A stretch of 64,000 nucleotides of DNA, from NCBI GenBank assembly GCA_036785375.1, contig JAWMAR010000594.1, positions 186,001-250,000 of the forward strand, written 5' to 3'. Within the stretch, counting starts at the first letter, position 1, and each line of letters starts with the position of its first letter. Source of the DNA: Leucoraja ocellata (taxonomy: Eukaryota). The position numbers were made by a program, and so were the translations under genes. A model generated the notes under the pieces. That model ran no database searches. It was given only the letters and a program-made list of their open reading frames with translations, and was not told the origin of the DNA. Shown one piece after another: positions 1-12,870 of this stretch.

Positions 1-158
1 CATGTTCTGCGAATGGATTGCTCCAGAATGCCATAGTCAATGGCTTCTTCCTTAATCATGGGGAAGAGATCAGACACAATCCCATTGAAGAGCTTGAGAT
101 CATCTTGCAAGAACTTGGGCACATTCACATCACGGATTGCTCTCAGACATATCAGCTC
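1..158 (-). CDS. DNAH1: DNAH1 exon, truncated by the window edge: ELICLRAIRDVNVPKFLQDDLKLFNGIVSDLFP...
   Basis: tag acceptor at 159-161; open frame to position 1. Confidence 0.94.
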
Positions 159-1300
159 CTAAAACATAGCATAGCTGTTAGCTTAAATGATATGAGAATT
201 GTTTTAGTATTTCTATTAGATCTAACTGCAGTTTATTTCTATTTGACTCCATGTCTTCTTTTCATTCTTGCTCCATGTTGGGGTTAGTAAATTGTGTATG
301 TCAAAGCTAATGAGGGCCTACACTTCTTTGTGCACTCACATCCTGAATTGATATTAATACAGGTAAGTTTAAGTAAGTCCCATGCAGTCCAAAATTGCTA
401 AACACTGTGATGTTGAATGAAAATTCTAAAACCTCAAAGGATGGACATTTATAAGGAACAGTAAGACTTTGCCTGTCCCTCTAACATCTCGTATTAAGCA
501 GCAAAAGAGGAGCATTGATGCGGGATAGGGATCAGACATTGGGGATATTTTATTATGTCAATGAGTCCATATGCCTTCGATTTAGCAATCACTAGACTAA
601 GTGGGACCCATTGGGTCCCATGTTCACATGGGAGGGCTGGTCCCCCAACGCAATATTTCACCTCTCCACCAATTCCAAAATTGGTGGCCAGTGGGGGGTG
701 GGGTTCTGGAGCGCTAGTATGGGTGTTGTGGGCCAAAGGGACTGGTTTCCAGTGGGCTAGTATGGACATTGTGGGCCAAATGGATTCTTGGGCTGGCAGC
801 TCAGTCACTTAGGCTTGGTGGGCTGGCAGCTCAGTCACTCAGGCCTGGTGGGCTGGCAGCTCAGAAACTGGCAGAAATTCTGCCCAAAGCAGGTGAGAGA
901 CACTGTGAGAGAGAAGGGGGAGAGGGTTGAGAATCAATTTTAGACATTTTTCATCTTTTTCTGCAGATCACAATAATGAAAGAGGAAAGTCTATCCTGGC
1001 CTGGATCTCACAGGGAGACAATGAAGGGAGGGAGAAAAATACTGGGGTGAGGTTTAATACTTGCAGGGGGAATACTTACTGGTGGGCCGAAAGGCCTCCT
1101 CCTGGGCTAGTACAGGCTTGATGGGCTGAAGGGGCTCTTAAAAAAAAAAGTGAAATCTCAGTGAAAAGCACTTTTTCTGGACTTTCCTGGCCTGGCTTGG
1201 GCCTTTTGGGTCAAAATGCTCCTCCACGGTTAATACAGGGCAAAAAGGACTGGTTTCTCGGCTAATAAGGGCCTTGTGGGCCGAAATTAGTGGTTTCAGG

Positions 1301-2873
1301 CAGGCCAAACAACTCATTTCATTTCCATTTCATTTCAAGCACAGGGCAGACCAAACAGCTCATTGCATTTTCATTTCATTTACATTTCCATTGCAGTTTC
1401 AAGCACAGGGCAGGATGAATAGTTAATTGCATTTTCATTTAATTTCCATTGCCATTGCAGATTCAAGCACAGTGCAGGCCGAACAGCTCATTGCATTTTC
1501 ATTTCAATTCCTTTGCCATTGCCGTTTCAAGCACAGGGCAGGCTGAATAGCTCATTGCATTTTCATTTCACTTCCATTGCCATTGCAGTTTCAAGCACAG
1601 GGCAGGCCGAACAGCTCATTGCATTTTCATTTCACTTCCATTGCCATTGCAGTTTCAAGCACAGGGCAGGCCAAGCCAAACAGCTGATTGCATTTTCACT
1701 TTACTTCCATTTCCATTGCAGTTTCAAGCACAGGGCAGGCCAAGCCAAACAGCTGATTGCATTTTCACTTCACTTCCATTGCCATTGCAGTTTTAAGCAG
1801 AGGGCAGACCAAGCCAAACAGCTGATGGCATTTTCACGTCACTTCCATCGCCATTGCAGTTTCAAGCACAGGGCAGGCAAAGCCAAACAGTTCATTTCAT
1901 TTTCACTTCACTTCCTTTGCCATTGCAGTTTCAAGCACAGGGCAGGCCGAACATCTCATTGCATTTTCATTTCACTTCCATTGCCATTGCAGTTTCAAGC
2001 ATAGGGCAGGCTGAACATCTAATTGCATTTTCATTTCACTTCCATTGCCATTGAAGTTTCAAGCACTGGGTAGTCCAAGCCAAACAGCTGATTACAATTT
2101 CACTTCATTTCCATTGCCATTGCAGTTTCAAGCGCAGGGCAGGTCAAGCCAAACAGCTCATTGCATTTTCACTTCACTTCCATTGCCATTGCAGTTTCAA
2201 GCACAGGGCAGGCCAAGCCAAACAGCTGATTGCATTTTCATCTCACTTCCATTGCCATTGCAGTTTCAAAGACGGGGCAGACCGAACAGTTCATTGCATT
2301 TTCATTTAACTTCCATTGCCATTGCCGTTTCAAGCACAGGGCAGGCCGAATAGCTCATTGCATTTTCATTTCACTTCCATTGCCGTTTCAAGCACAGGGC
2401 AGGCCGAATAGCTCATTGCATTTTCATTTCACTTCCATTGCAGTTTCAAGCACAGGGCAGGCCAAACAGCTCATTGCATTTTCATTTCACTTCCATTGCC
2501 ATTGCAGTTTCAAGCACAGGGCAGGCCAAACAGCTAATTACATCTTCATTTCACTCCCATTGCCATTGCAGTTTCAAGCAAAGGGCAGGCCGAACAGCTG
2601 AGTGCATTTTCATTTCATTTTCATTGCCATTGCAGTTTCAAGCACATGGCAGGCCAAGCCAAACAGCTGATTGCAATTTCACTTCATTTCCATTGCCATT
2701 ACAGTTTCAAGCACAGGGCAGGCCAAGCCAAACAGCTCATTGCATTTTCACTTCATTTCTATTGCCATTGCAGTTTAAAGCACAGCGCAGGCCAAACAGC
2801 TCATTACATTTTCATTTCATTTCCATTGCAGTTTCAAGCACAGGGCAGGCCAAACAACTCATTTCATTTTCAT
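1301..2873. repeat. Minisatellite, ~57-68 bp unit, roughly 24 copies, inside the Helitron
   Basis: Unit ~caggcc(aagcc)aaacagctcattgcattttcatttcacttccattgccattgcagtttcaagcacaggg repeated head to tail. Confidence 0.95.
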
Positions 2874-3014
2874 TAAGGGCTAACAAATCATTTATTGCAA
2901 GTACATTGCAGACTCACAGTTCAGTTGATTCACAGCCTAGAATGAGAGTAGTGGCCTATCCCCACGACCTTGCAGAGTGACTGAGTCATGTTCACGCATC
3001 CGGGGTTTTATAGT

Positions 3015-3150
3015 TTTAAAACAACCTTGAGATCCTCTCGCCTGTCAATCACCACGATGAAGGTAACGCCCCACCCACCCCCCGCCCCAGAAGGGGCGTT
3101 ACCTTCATCGCGTTGATTGACAGGCGAGAGGATCTCAAGGTTGTTTTAAA
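3015..3150. repeat. Long inverted repeat (~58-bp arms, ~20-nt loop)
   Basis: tttaaaacaaccttgagatcctctcgcctgtcaatc...gaaggtaacgcccc mirrored at 3093-3150 with ~2 mismatches. Confidence 0.92.
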
Positions 3151-4830
3151 CACTCATAACCTTTTTATTTTTCATCAATAGGAAAAGTCCTCGGGGCCTG
3201 CTCAGTGGAGGAGGACTGTGAGTACAATGGCCAAAAATCATAGCAATATATGATAGCATTTTTTTCCAAAATCAATATACAGTGTAGACAGGAAGTGGTC
3301 AAGATGAGACTTTTAATTATATTGAATTGAATTGAATAACCTTTAATAATCCTAATAATATAGATGTATCCGACAGCCATGCACTAGGTTTCACAGAGCT
3401 CAGGAAACCGAGTAACCAAAGGGAATTAAGAACTGCCTTTGAATGCACTCCAAACAGGGTTTGTGGGTCAGAACAAGCATTGTCATGATCCAAGCCTCCC
3501 AATGATTGAAATATCAAATCTCTGCCACCTACAATATGATCCAATCACAATGCAATCTCTCCTCTCCTGTTTTCATCTGAGGGCCTCTTGTTCAAAACCT
3601 TCTATGCATCAGCCACAAAAACCTCTGAATCTGGCTAACTACTCATTGGGAAGTAGTGAAAATAATTCAAATGAGATTCTCATAATATATTCAGATTTCC
3701 CCTGCTTTGGGTCCCTGGCTGTTAAATTGTGTCCTGTTTTCTCCCTGCATGCTTGCCTGCAAATATCAAGGTGTGTCTGTCGAGTTGATAAGTCACAGCA
3801 ATGTATAAAATTCCAAAGGGAAAAAGCAATAATACTGCAGGAAAGAAGAATAGCACTCCATTCTGCGAATTAGCTTGTGAAGCCACAACCAATTAGTGTA
3901 GTATTGTTTTCATACATATTAGCTCAACATCTTTCTCCACAGTGACAATGTTTCCAATGAAAACACTTATTATGGAGAAAACCAATACTTTTCTCAACAT
4001 TAATTAAAGCAATAACATGACTAGATCTGGATTAGCTGGAACCCTAATTTAGCAATAATTAATAAGTAGAATTTTTTTTTTCTCAGCACCTTCTTCTTTT
4101 TTCAAATAATTCTGTTCAAAATGACGAGCCAATTTCAAGTCCTACCTCGTACATCTAAGATTAGGGCTCACATCTAATCATCTGAGGGTCTGCAGGGGCC
4201 ATGCATGAAATATAAGACAGCATTTGGATAGAATAGCCAACTTCAATATATTCCTAACTAGTTCAATATATTCTCATAATCTATTACTCAAAATGAAATT
4301 GATTCTGGATACCATTTACTCTTGTGTAATTTACTTCTTGAACATTTAATTCGAATTAAGAAATCTGGCTATGTGTTAATAATACATTGCTTTAAAAAAT
4401 ATATATACACATGACTATTTACAGACTGTGACGATTAAGTAATTTACGATTGTAAGGTATAATGTTTACCATACATTTTTTTCATAATATCTTTAGTATA
4501 TCTTTATGAAATCTTTTTGCAATCACTATCTGTAATTTATGTGTATAATATGCTTGATTATTGTAAATTATTTTATGTACTGTATAATACATTGGCAATG
4601 TGTTATTCTAAATGCAACACGGTTGTTTTTCTTCATAAATATAAAAACATTATGGATTATTCCATGAATAACATACTGGCTGTCAAACAATCTAATTGCA
4701 GGACTGGATCTGTTATTCAATTTGAAATTCAGTTTAGTCAGCATTTCAATCGATAATATATTTTCAGCATTGGGACTGATGAAGTACTATTTCGTTTTAG
4801 GGTCAAAACTCTATTCCATTAGCCCTTTAC

Positions 4831-4917
4831 CTCATCCATATTAGGATTTTCTCTCTTCAGGTTCCCTGCTGCAGATATCACCGTTTTTACAGCTCTCATT
4901 CCAAAGTCATAGTGATC
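4831..4917 (-). CDS. DNAH1: DNAH1 exon (87 bp): [29 protein letters not shown]
   Basis: cag/gtaaag boundaries; HYDFG.RA motif. Confidence 0.95.
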
Positions 4918-5778
4918 CTGAAGTAGAGACATTAATTAATAATCAAATTATATTTTATAAACCATATGGGTTTGTATTCAGGTTGTCAAGATGGAAGAAA
5001 TATGTAACTAGTGAGAAGATACAAGGTCATTTTGACATTCCATTAAATCATTTTACCTAGAATCTCTGAAACATTAAAGGTACAAAAATACAAAACAATA
5101 GTTGCTGAAAACGCTGGAAATATTTAGCCGCCAGACATCTTCAATACGAAGCTCAGAATTAACATAGCCTATTCTGTTGAAATGTTACTGACCTGAAACA
5201 TTAACTATTTCTAACAATAGCAGCTTCTTGACATGATGAGTCTTTCCAGCACCTTTTTAAATTTTTATTTTAAATATTAGAATTTTATCGATAAACTGTG
5301 AAGGAAAACTCATAAATGGGAGAATGCAAAAGGGAAAAAGATTAATTCCCTCTTGTGTCTCAGGGGCTTAATGTCATGGGAGGAAAACATGAGCAAATAA
5401 AATGCATTAAAGATGACCACGCTCATTTTGCTGACCTTGTGTAATAAATTAGATAAATCAATATTTATCATGGTTTCAGGACAAAGATTGCTATGACCAG
5501 GAAAATCTACAATGGCCACAAGCCAAAATAATACACGGTGATGAGTACAGGTTTCTCTAGTACAGGGTATTGTTATTTTTGTTTTAAATGCAGTGGTTGA
5601 ATATATGTAGCAAAATACATAGTTCAAAACATTGTTTAATTAGGAGGAAGAAGCAAGAACCACCTTTATTATGATGGGCTCAAATGTAAATGAAAGGTTA
5701 CAAGAATTTCATGTCATATTTGTTCAGAAAACAAGAAAGACTATTTCTTCAGATAACCCAACATACTATTTGATATGG

Positions 5779-6437
5779 AGAGACCGTTCCCTCCGTAACT
5801 CCCTGGCCAATTTGTTCCTTCCCACCCAAACCACCCCCTTGCAACTGCAGGAAATGCTACACTTGTCGCTTTACCTCCCCCCTTGACGCCATTCAAGGAC
5901 TGAAGCAGTCTTTCCAGGTGAGGCAGAGGTTCACCTGCGCCTCCTCCAACCTCATCTATTGCATCTGCTGCTCTAGGTGTCAACTGCTCTACATTAGTGA
6001 GACCAAGCGCAGGCTTGGCGATTGCTTCGCCCAACACCTCCGCACAGTTCGCATTAACCAACCTGATCTCCCGGTGGCTCAACACTTTAACTCCCGTTCT
6101 GAATCTGACCTTTCTGTCCTGGGCCTCCCCCATGGCCAGAGTGAGTCCCACCGCAAATTGGAGGAGCAACACCTCAAATTCTGCTTGGGTAGTTTACACC
6201 CCAGTGGTATGAACAGTGACTTCTCCAATTTCAGGCTGTCCTTGCTTTCTCCCTCCTTCCCCTCCCCTTCCCAGCTCTCCCACAGTCCACTGTCTCCACC
6301 TCTTCCTTTCTTCTTCCCGCCCCCCCCCCCCCCCCCCCACTCATCAGTCTGCAGAAGGGTCTCGACCCGAAACGTCACCTATTCCTTCGCTCCATAGATG
6401 CTGCCTCACCCGCTGAGTTTCTCCAGCATTTTTGTCC
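5779..6437 (+). mobile_element. Penelope-like (Neptune-type) retroelement 3' fragment: GIY-YIG endonuclease plus hammerhead-bearing tail
   Basis: ORF 5918..6397 FTCASSNLIYCICCSRCQLLYISETKRRL; perfect 18-bp TSD acatactatttgatatgg at 5761-5778 and 6438-6455. Confidence 0.88.
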
Positions 6438-6535
6438 ACATACTATTTGATATGGTTCAATAAAGAAAGACTAAAGATGTACTGAGTCGTTAAACTGCAA
6501 TAATGGTATTTTTAATTTTTAAGTTGTTGATTTAC

Positions 6536-6685
6536 CTGTGAGCTAAGTTGTTCACTGGATAGTTTGAAAGTTGTGGTGATTTTCTTTGCGAGAACTTTGG
6601 CATTGCTGAACCCAAAGGAGTACAGAGAAATCTCAGCTATCATGGCATAGTCAGGAACCATCATGGCTACAGGCCTGAACAAAGC
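6536..6685 (-). CDS. DNAH1: DNAH1 exon (150 bp): [26 protein letters not shown]...SEQLSSQ
   Basis: cag/gtaaat boundaries. Confidence 0.95.
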
Positions 6686-7204
6686 CTGAACAAAACATCA
6701 GGAAATATTAATGTACAACAAATCAATGAACAGACAATCTAAATGCATGAACACTTGTGTCTAAGATAGGAATATGACTGTGCTTAATTAATAATTCTTC
6801 CTAACCTTTTCAGGAAGACAGGACAGGTAGCATGCAGTGAGGGCCCATAATAAAGGTAAAACATTTCCATTACTTATTATTGACTGATTATCAGGTCAGT
6901 ATGTGAAATAAAGTTTGGTCAGAAAAAGTCAATATTATATTTTCTATATTGTACAGTATGTTGTAACTTATTTACATTCATCAAGATCCCACAGAACTCA
7001 ATAAGTGACCAGATCATATGGGTTTTATGCAGATGCTAACTGAGAGATAACATTGGCTAGACTTGATAAAATCCCTTGATCTTCTTTGAATAATGCAGGA
7101 GATTGTTTATAACCTTTGATGGTGGGCAGACTTCACTTTTCTGTCTCTTCAAAGAGATGGCTCCTCCGACTATAACATACTTCCTCAAAACTGTATTGAA
7201 ATAC

Positions 7205-7730
7205 CTAGAGTCTTACGGCACGGAAACAGACTCTTTGGCCCAACCAGCTCATGCCGACCAAGATGCCCCAACTACACTAGTTCCACCTTCCCATGATTGG
7301 ACCATAATCCCATGAACCTTTCCTATCTATGTACACTGTCCAAATGCCTTTTAAAAAGTGTTACCTGCCACAACCACCTCCTCTGGCAGCTTGTACCATA
7401 AATCAACCACCCTGTGTGTGAAAATGGTGCCTCTCAAGATCCTATTATATCTTTTCCCTCTCACCTTAAACCTACAGAATGTCCGCTGGTTCTTGATTCC
7501 CCTACTCTGGTTAAAAGACTCTGTGCATTTACCCTATCTATTCTCCTTATGATCTTATGCACCCCTATAAGATCATTCCCCATCCTCCTGTGCTTCAAGG
7601 AATAATATCCTATCCTGCTCGACCTCTCCCTGTATTTCAGGCCCTTAAGAACTGCCAACAACTCTGTAAATCTTCTCTGCATTCTTTCCAGTTAAAAATA
7701 TCCTTCCTAAAGTAGGGTGACTAAAACTAA
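7205..7730 (-). mobile_element. CR1 (HER1-like) LINE 3' fragment
   Basis: ORF 7461..7682 QRRFTELL...RMGNDLIGVHKII, CR1 ORF2 C-terminus. Confidence 0.8.
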
Positions 7731-8054
7731 CCTATCCTCTGAATGTTATTGAATGAGCTGATGCCACAATCTTCTAACCCAGATGCAGGCCTACATCCTC
7801 TGTACTAAAGCTGCCACTTTGTTACATTAAAAATGTTATATAAGTGTACATTTATCACTTTGATGAGTACATGTGTGCTAACAAGTAAATTGAATGTTAT
7901 GAAAGGTTCAATGCAGAGGTGCACGGATGCCTCTAATAACATCACTGAAATCAACAAAATAAGAAAAAAAAGTAATACATTATTAAAAAAATATATGACA
8001 CCAGCGAACAGTTATATAGCTTCTATTCCCATCAAAATTTTGAAGAAATTCATT

Positions 8055-8362
8055 CGAGTTCATTCAAGAGTTCTCCCGAGTTTGCCCTGATTCGAACTCG
8101 GAGATTTACGGTAATGGCCGCTCATAGGTATTTGGGGCTCTCGTGGACATTTTTCAACATGTTGAAAAATCTTCATGAATCTTCCCGAATCTTCCCGAGC
8201 TTACCGCGTTTCCCGAGTACCTGCCGTTAGTGTTACGAACCGCTAAGAGACGTCCCCGAGCTCCGACGTACCCGCTACGTTCATTCTACATGCTTACCAC
8301 GAGTTTGATTTTTTTTTAAACTCGGGAGAGCTCTTGAATGAACTCGTACAGTGGGACAGGGC
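8055..8362. mobile_element. PIF/Harbinger-like MITE, one TIR truncated
   Basis: cgagttcattcaagagttctcccgagttt inverted at ~8318-8346, ending gtgggacagggc like the other GGGCCTGTCCCAC MITEs; CpG-rich. Confidence 0.6.
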
Positions 8363-8511
8363 TAGGCACAAATTTGCTTACCGTATATTCTCACTTTAAT
8401 TCACCTCTTCCTGCCAACATGCTGTACAATTTCTGCTTTTCATTCTGTTTCAAATAGTATGGGTGCACAAATTAAATTTGAAGAATGCCCAGGCATTAAA
8501 GCATCGCCTAC

Positions 8512-8625
8512 CTTAAGATTGTCAGGTAACTCTGTGCGACCAGCATAGCCAGGATTCATGGTAATGAAGACAGCACAAGATGGTATCAGTGGAATTTCAA
8601 TTCCTTCAAACATGAAACGTTCAAC
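8512..8625 (-). CDS. DNAH1: DNAH1 exon (114 bp): VERFMFEG...[19 protein letters not shown]
   Basis: cag/gtaggc boundaries; TMNPGYAGR motif. Confidence 0.96.
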
Positions 8626-9319
8626 CTGTGATGAAAATCAGGGCAGTGAGGCAGATATCGAAGATAACAAAACTATGCAATCTTTCATTGCACTTCATGA
8701 AAATTAAACGCCCTTGTACACAAATCCACTACCATTCCCATATTTCTTCTCATATCCTCATTAACTATCCGCCACTTTATTCTACTGCCATCAAACTATT
8801 TTAGCGGTATTTTAAGTAGTCAGTAACCTACCAACCTACTCATCTTTGGGATATGGGAGGAAACCCATGTGTGAATTTTCCACACAGACTGGTCTGGAGA
8901 TCAGGATGGAATTCCTGTCTTTGGGGCTTGTGAAGCAGCAACTCTAACTGCTGCATCAATGTGCTGCTGAATAATAGAATCTTACTTAAAATTGGATTGA
9001 TAAATCCATTCATATGTTATCTGCACAATTAGCACACTTCAGTAAATTATAGCAGGCGTGCCTACACATAAAGCAACTGGGTATTTACAATACCTAATTA
9101 AAGTATTTTTTGTGATTTTCTGTAATAATTGTGTTTTCATGGATGACACAAGCTTTGATTAAGGCCTGCCCTTAACATGGCAGAATCCTGGTCTGTTTTA
9201 TTGTAAGCTTCCAATGTGGCCACATTATTCTTCCAGAAAATATATCTGAAGACCATTCTTCTGCAAATTATGCCATTGTTTCATTTTTCCATGAGACGCT
9301 GACTACCACCATCCATCAC

Positions 9320-10785
9320 CTGTTCACTAGTTCTACGTTATCCCACTTTCGCATCCTACACACTAGGCGCAATTTACAGATTAAACCTAGAAACCTGCAA
9401 GTCTTTAGAATGTAGGAGTAAACAGGAGCACCATGAGAAACCCCAAACGGTCACAGGGAGAACTCTATAAGACCATAAGATACAAGAGCAGAATTTAGGC
9501 CATTCAACCGATTGAGTCTACTCCGCCATTCAATCATGCTGACCTATATTTCTCTCTCAACCCCATTCGTCTGCCTTTTCCCTGTAACCTTTGACACCCT
9601 TCCTAATCAAGACCCTCTCAATCTCTGTCTTAAAATTCCCAATGTATTAGCCTCCACAACAATCTGTGGCAATGAATTCCACATATTCACCACACTCTGG
9701 CTAAAACAAATTCCCCTAATCTCCATCTTGAAAGTACATCCTTTTATTCTGAGGCTGTGCCCTCTGTTTTTTTAGATTCTTCCATTACTGGAAACATCCT
9801 TTCCACATTATCCGTAGATTATCATTACCGGTAGATCCGCCAGCACATCTTTCCTCAAATATGGGGCCGAAAACTGCTCACAATATTCCAAATCTGGCCT
9901 TACCAGCACCCTATAGAGCCTCGGCATTATATCTCTGTTTTATATTCTTGCCCACTTGAAATGAATGCTGGCATTGCATTTTCCTTCCTTACCTCAACCT
10001 GCAAATTAACCTTTGAGAATCCTGTACCAGCACTCCAAAGTCCCTTTGTACCTCCGATGTCTTAATCCTCTCACCATTCAGAAGATAGTCTATGCCTTTA
10101 TTCCTTCTACCGGAGTGCATGACATACAATTTGCTATTCTGTATTCCATTTGCCACTTCTTTACGCACTCTCCCAACCCATCCATGTCCTTCTGCAGCTT
10201 CATCGCTTCATCAACACTATCTGTCTTTCCACCTATCTTCGTATCGTCCGCAAACATGGCCACAAAACCATCAATTCCATCATCCAGATTGTTAACATAT
10301 AACGTGAAAAGTAGTGCACCCAACAACAACCTTTGCAGAACACCACTAGTCACTGACAGCCAATCAGAAAAGGCCCTCTTATTCCCAATCCTTTGTTTTC
10401 TGTCAGTTAGCCAATCCTCTATCCATGCTAGTATCTTGCCTCTGACTATCTTGCCATGTGCTGCTATCTTGTTTAACAGACTCGCGTGCAGAACCTTATC
10501 AAAGACCTTTTGAAAATCCAAGTAGCCAACATCCACTGACTCTCCTGTTAGTTATCCCCTCAAAATAACTCCAACAGATTTATCAGGCAAGAAATCCGCT
10601 TAACAAAACCATGCTGATTTTAGCCTATTTTGTCATGTTTTTCCAAGTACCCTGAAACCTCATCCTTAATAATGAAATCTAAAATTTTACCATCCATAGA
10701 AGTTAGACGAACTGGCCTATAATTTTCTCACACTTATGTCCTGTAACTCCACACTTTGATTGTACCCGAAGTCAGGATCAAACCT
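9320..10785 (-). mobile_element. HE1-like SINE remnant interrupted by a ~1.26-kb CR1 fragment (9468-10730)
   Basis: SINE-like text (gtcacagggagaac... resumes ...gtcaggatcaaacc at ~10770) flanks CR1 RT ORF 10090..10536 (YLDFQKVFDKV, FADDTK). Confidence 0.75.
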
Positions 10786-10879
10786 TATTAATTTTTGAAA
10801 TTTATTTAATTATTAAAATTTGTTTTGCAACCTTTTCTGAATTTACCTCTGTCAGTTTTTTCTCTGATTTTCAAGGTTA

Positions 10880-11187
10880 GGAGTGGGGGCGGATCCGGAT
10901 CCGCAATGGCCGTGAGCCCCAGGCTGAGATCGGCGATCGTTTGCCTGTTTCTGCTGCTGTTTGAGGTGAGACGTTGCGCCGCGCCAGGGTCTTGGGCCTG
11001 TCCCACTTTGGCCGTCAGTTACGCGACAGGCCGGAGGCACGAGAAGATTTAGTTCAGGACGAAGTCCACACTCCTCCACACCACTCCATGCGCCCGTCCC
11101 GCGCTACCCATGCGCTATCCACACACTACCCACATGCTAGCAGGTCGTGTAAATGGCGCGCGAATGACAGCCAAGTGGGACAGGCCC
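10880..11187. mobile_element. PIF/Harbinger-like MITE
   Basis: Perfect 15-bp inverted repeat GGGCCTGTCCCACTT at 10994 and AAGTGGGACAGGCCC ending 11187; CpG-rich extension from ~10880. Confidence 0.7.
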
Positions 11188-11716
11188 TTTATTCATTGTT
11201 GCTTGTTATCCGACTTCCTCTATGACCAATGCCCGACAACAACTGATGTAGGAATTGATATTTTGTTTCTGTCCACAAAATCCAGATGAGATTCAAAAAA
11301 TAAGATTGCTTCCCAATTTGTTGTATTTCTTAGAATAACAATTCATTTCTGCAAGTCTAATTCTTTCCATTTGTATGCACCTAGTAGGTTTCAGTTTATT
11401 TATATATATATTCTCTCATATTCATAAATATCGGCTCTATTTAGTTTTAATAACATTTAATATATAGAACAAAGCAATATATAATCCTTATTCTGTCACA
11501 AATTGTACTTAACATAATTATGGATTAACACTGGGTGGGCTGGATACTATTTATAAGTTGATTTTAGTAGCATTTGCTCACTATGATTCAATGAACTATC
11601 CTAATTCTAATTTGCTTGAGGGGTATAATTGAGCTTGATTCTTCACTTACACCAGTCCGAAAATGAAGATGTTGTCAGAAAATAACAAAAGCATCAGGGA
11701 GTAGATTCAAGCTCAC

Positions 11717-11822
11717 CCGTTGTTGCTGCGCTTTCTGAATGGTTGTGATCTGTTGTGCCACCACAGATAAAACTTCAATATCAATTCGATTAAATTCATC
11801 AAAACAAGCCCAGGCTCCAGAG
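11717..11822 (-). CDS. DNAH1: DNAH1 exon (106 bp) with AAA1 Walker B: [24 protein letters not shown]...QQR
   Basis: cag/gtgagc boundaries; CFDEFNR. Confidence 0.96.
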
Positions 11823-12071
11823 CTGAAAAACCCCAGAGAGAAGTTATTAGTCAGAAACTTGAACATATTTAATAAATTCTACCCTGTCCATGATTGTAAA
11901 CTTCGATGAGTGATCAATAAATACATCCATACCTCTTACCTTCTCGAACTTTGCTAATGAATTTCTTTGCAGCATATGCATGCTTTATATTCTAAGGAAA
12001 TTATATTTAAATATATTTAGCTATTCACTATGTGGAGTATTGGGAATACCATAGCACATCTTATTCCTTAC

Positions 12072-12260
12072 CTGGCCAAACCTTTAAAGAATTTGCCCAT
12101 TGCTAAGAAGTCAAGTTGGTCAGAGCAGTTGAAAACCACTGTCTGAATCGCAAGAGCTTTACCCAAATCTTTGGTAGTTTCTGTTTTCCCTGTGCCGGCA
12201 GGCCCAGCTGGTGCTCCACCAAACTTCAGATGGAGAGCACCGGTTAATGTGAGGTAGCAT
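12072..12260 (-). CDS. DNAH1: DNAH1 exon (189 bp) with AAA1 Walker A: [37 protein letters not shown]...FFKGLA
   Basis: cag/gtaagg boundaries; GPAGTGKT P-loop. Confidence 0.96.
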
Positions 12261-12529
12261 CTGAAAACATGTAGAAAGAATTAAAAATGCTGATATTCAA
12301 TAAAATGATTTTTAAATAATTTAAAGAACAATAGTCAAGTGATAATTGAATTACTCAAAAATTAATTCTTCTTTATGAAAGAAGGAAGTAGGAGACATTT
12401 AATTTTCCTGTATAAACACGATGGAACTTTGCCAAGTTCAAAGACTCGGTTTCTCGTTAAGATAAACCCAAATTGGCGTTGTCAATAGACAGTTATCAAC
12501 ATATTTCTTGATAAAACTGGTGACAATTG

Positions 12530-12800
12530 AGGTACATTCATTCAGACTGGTGTGAACTTGAACTTGTTGCAGTCCTCTGACTCAAGACAGTTCTGAAGTA
12601 GACCCTCTACCTCTGCTGACTACTGCTGTATACTTTTTTCATTGGTGCCTTGCATTTCCAACTCTGTAGCCTGGTAGCAGCACTGACAGATGATCAGACT
12701 GACGAAGGTGAGGGTAATGGATCGAACAATAGGTAGTATAGCAGTGATCAAGGGTATTAACATCCCCCATGGCTAGGAGACGTGCTGATGGTACGTGGGG
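12530..12800 (-). mobile_element. Rex1/Babar-type LINE fragment (end of AP-endonuclease region)
   Basis: ORF 12639..12842 NTLDHCYT...PHLRQSDHLSVLL. Confidence 0.65.
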
Positions 12801-12870
12801 ATTACAATTAGATTGATTGAAGTGAACAACAATGATGAACAAGGCTTCAGGATTCCTTGTTGCAAGAGTT

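Larger units (their letters stand above)
592..3325 (-). mobile_element. Non-autonomous Helitron (~2.7 kb)
   Basis: Minus strand begins TCAATATAATTAAAAGTCTCATCTTGACC and ends GGGACCC-aat-GGGTCCC hairpin + acttagt + CTAG followed by T; no TSD, no Rep/Hel ORF. Confidence 0.75.

Noticed and set aside
1301-2873. CRISPR-like array, or His/Cys-rich repeat protein (ORFs 1513-2980)
   Set aside because: Units are contiguous with no unique spacers, there are no cas genes and the context is eukaryotic. ORFs appear in several frames as a by-product of the tandem repeat.
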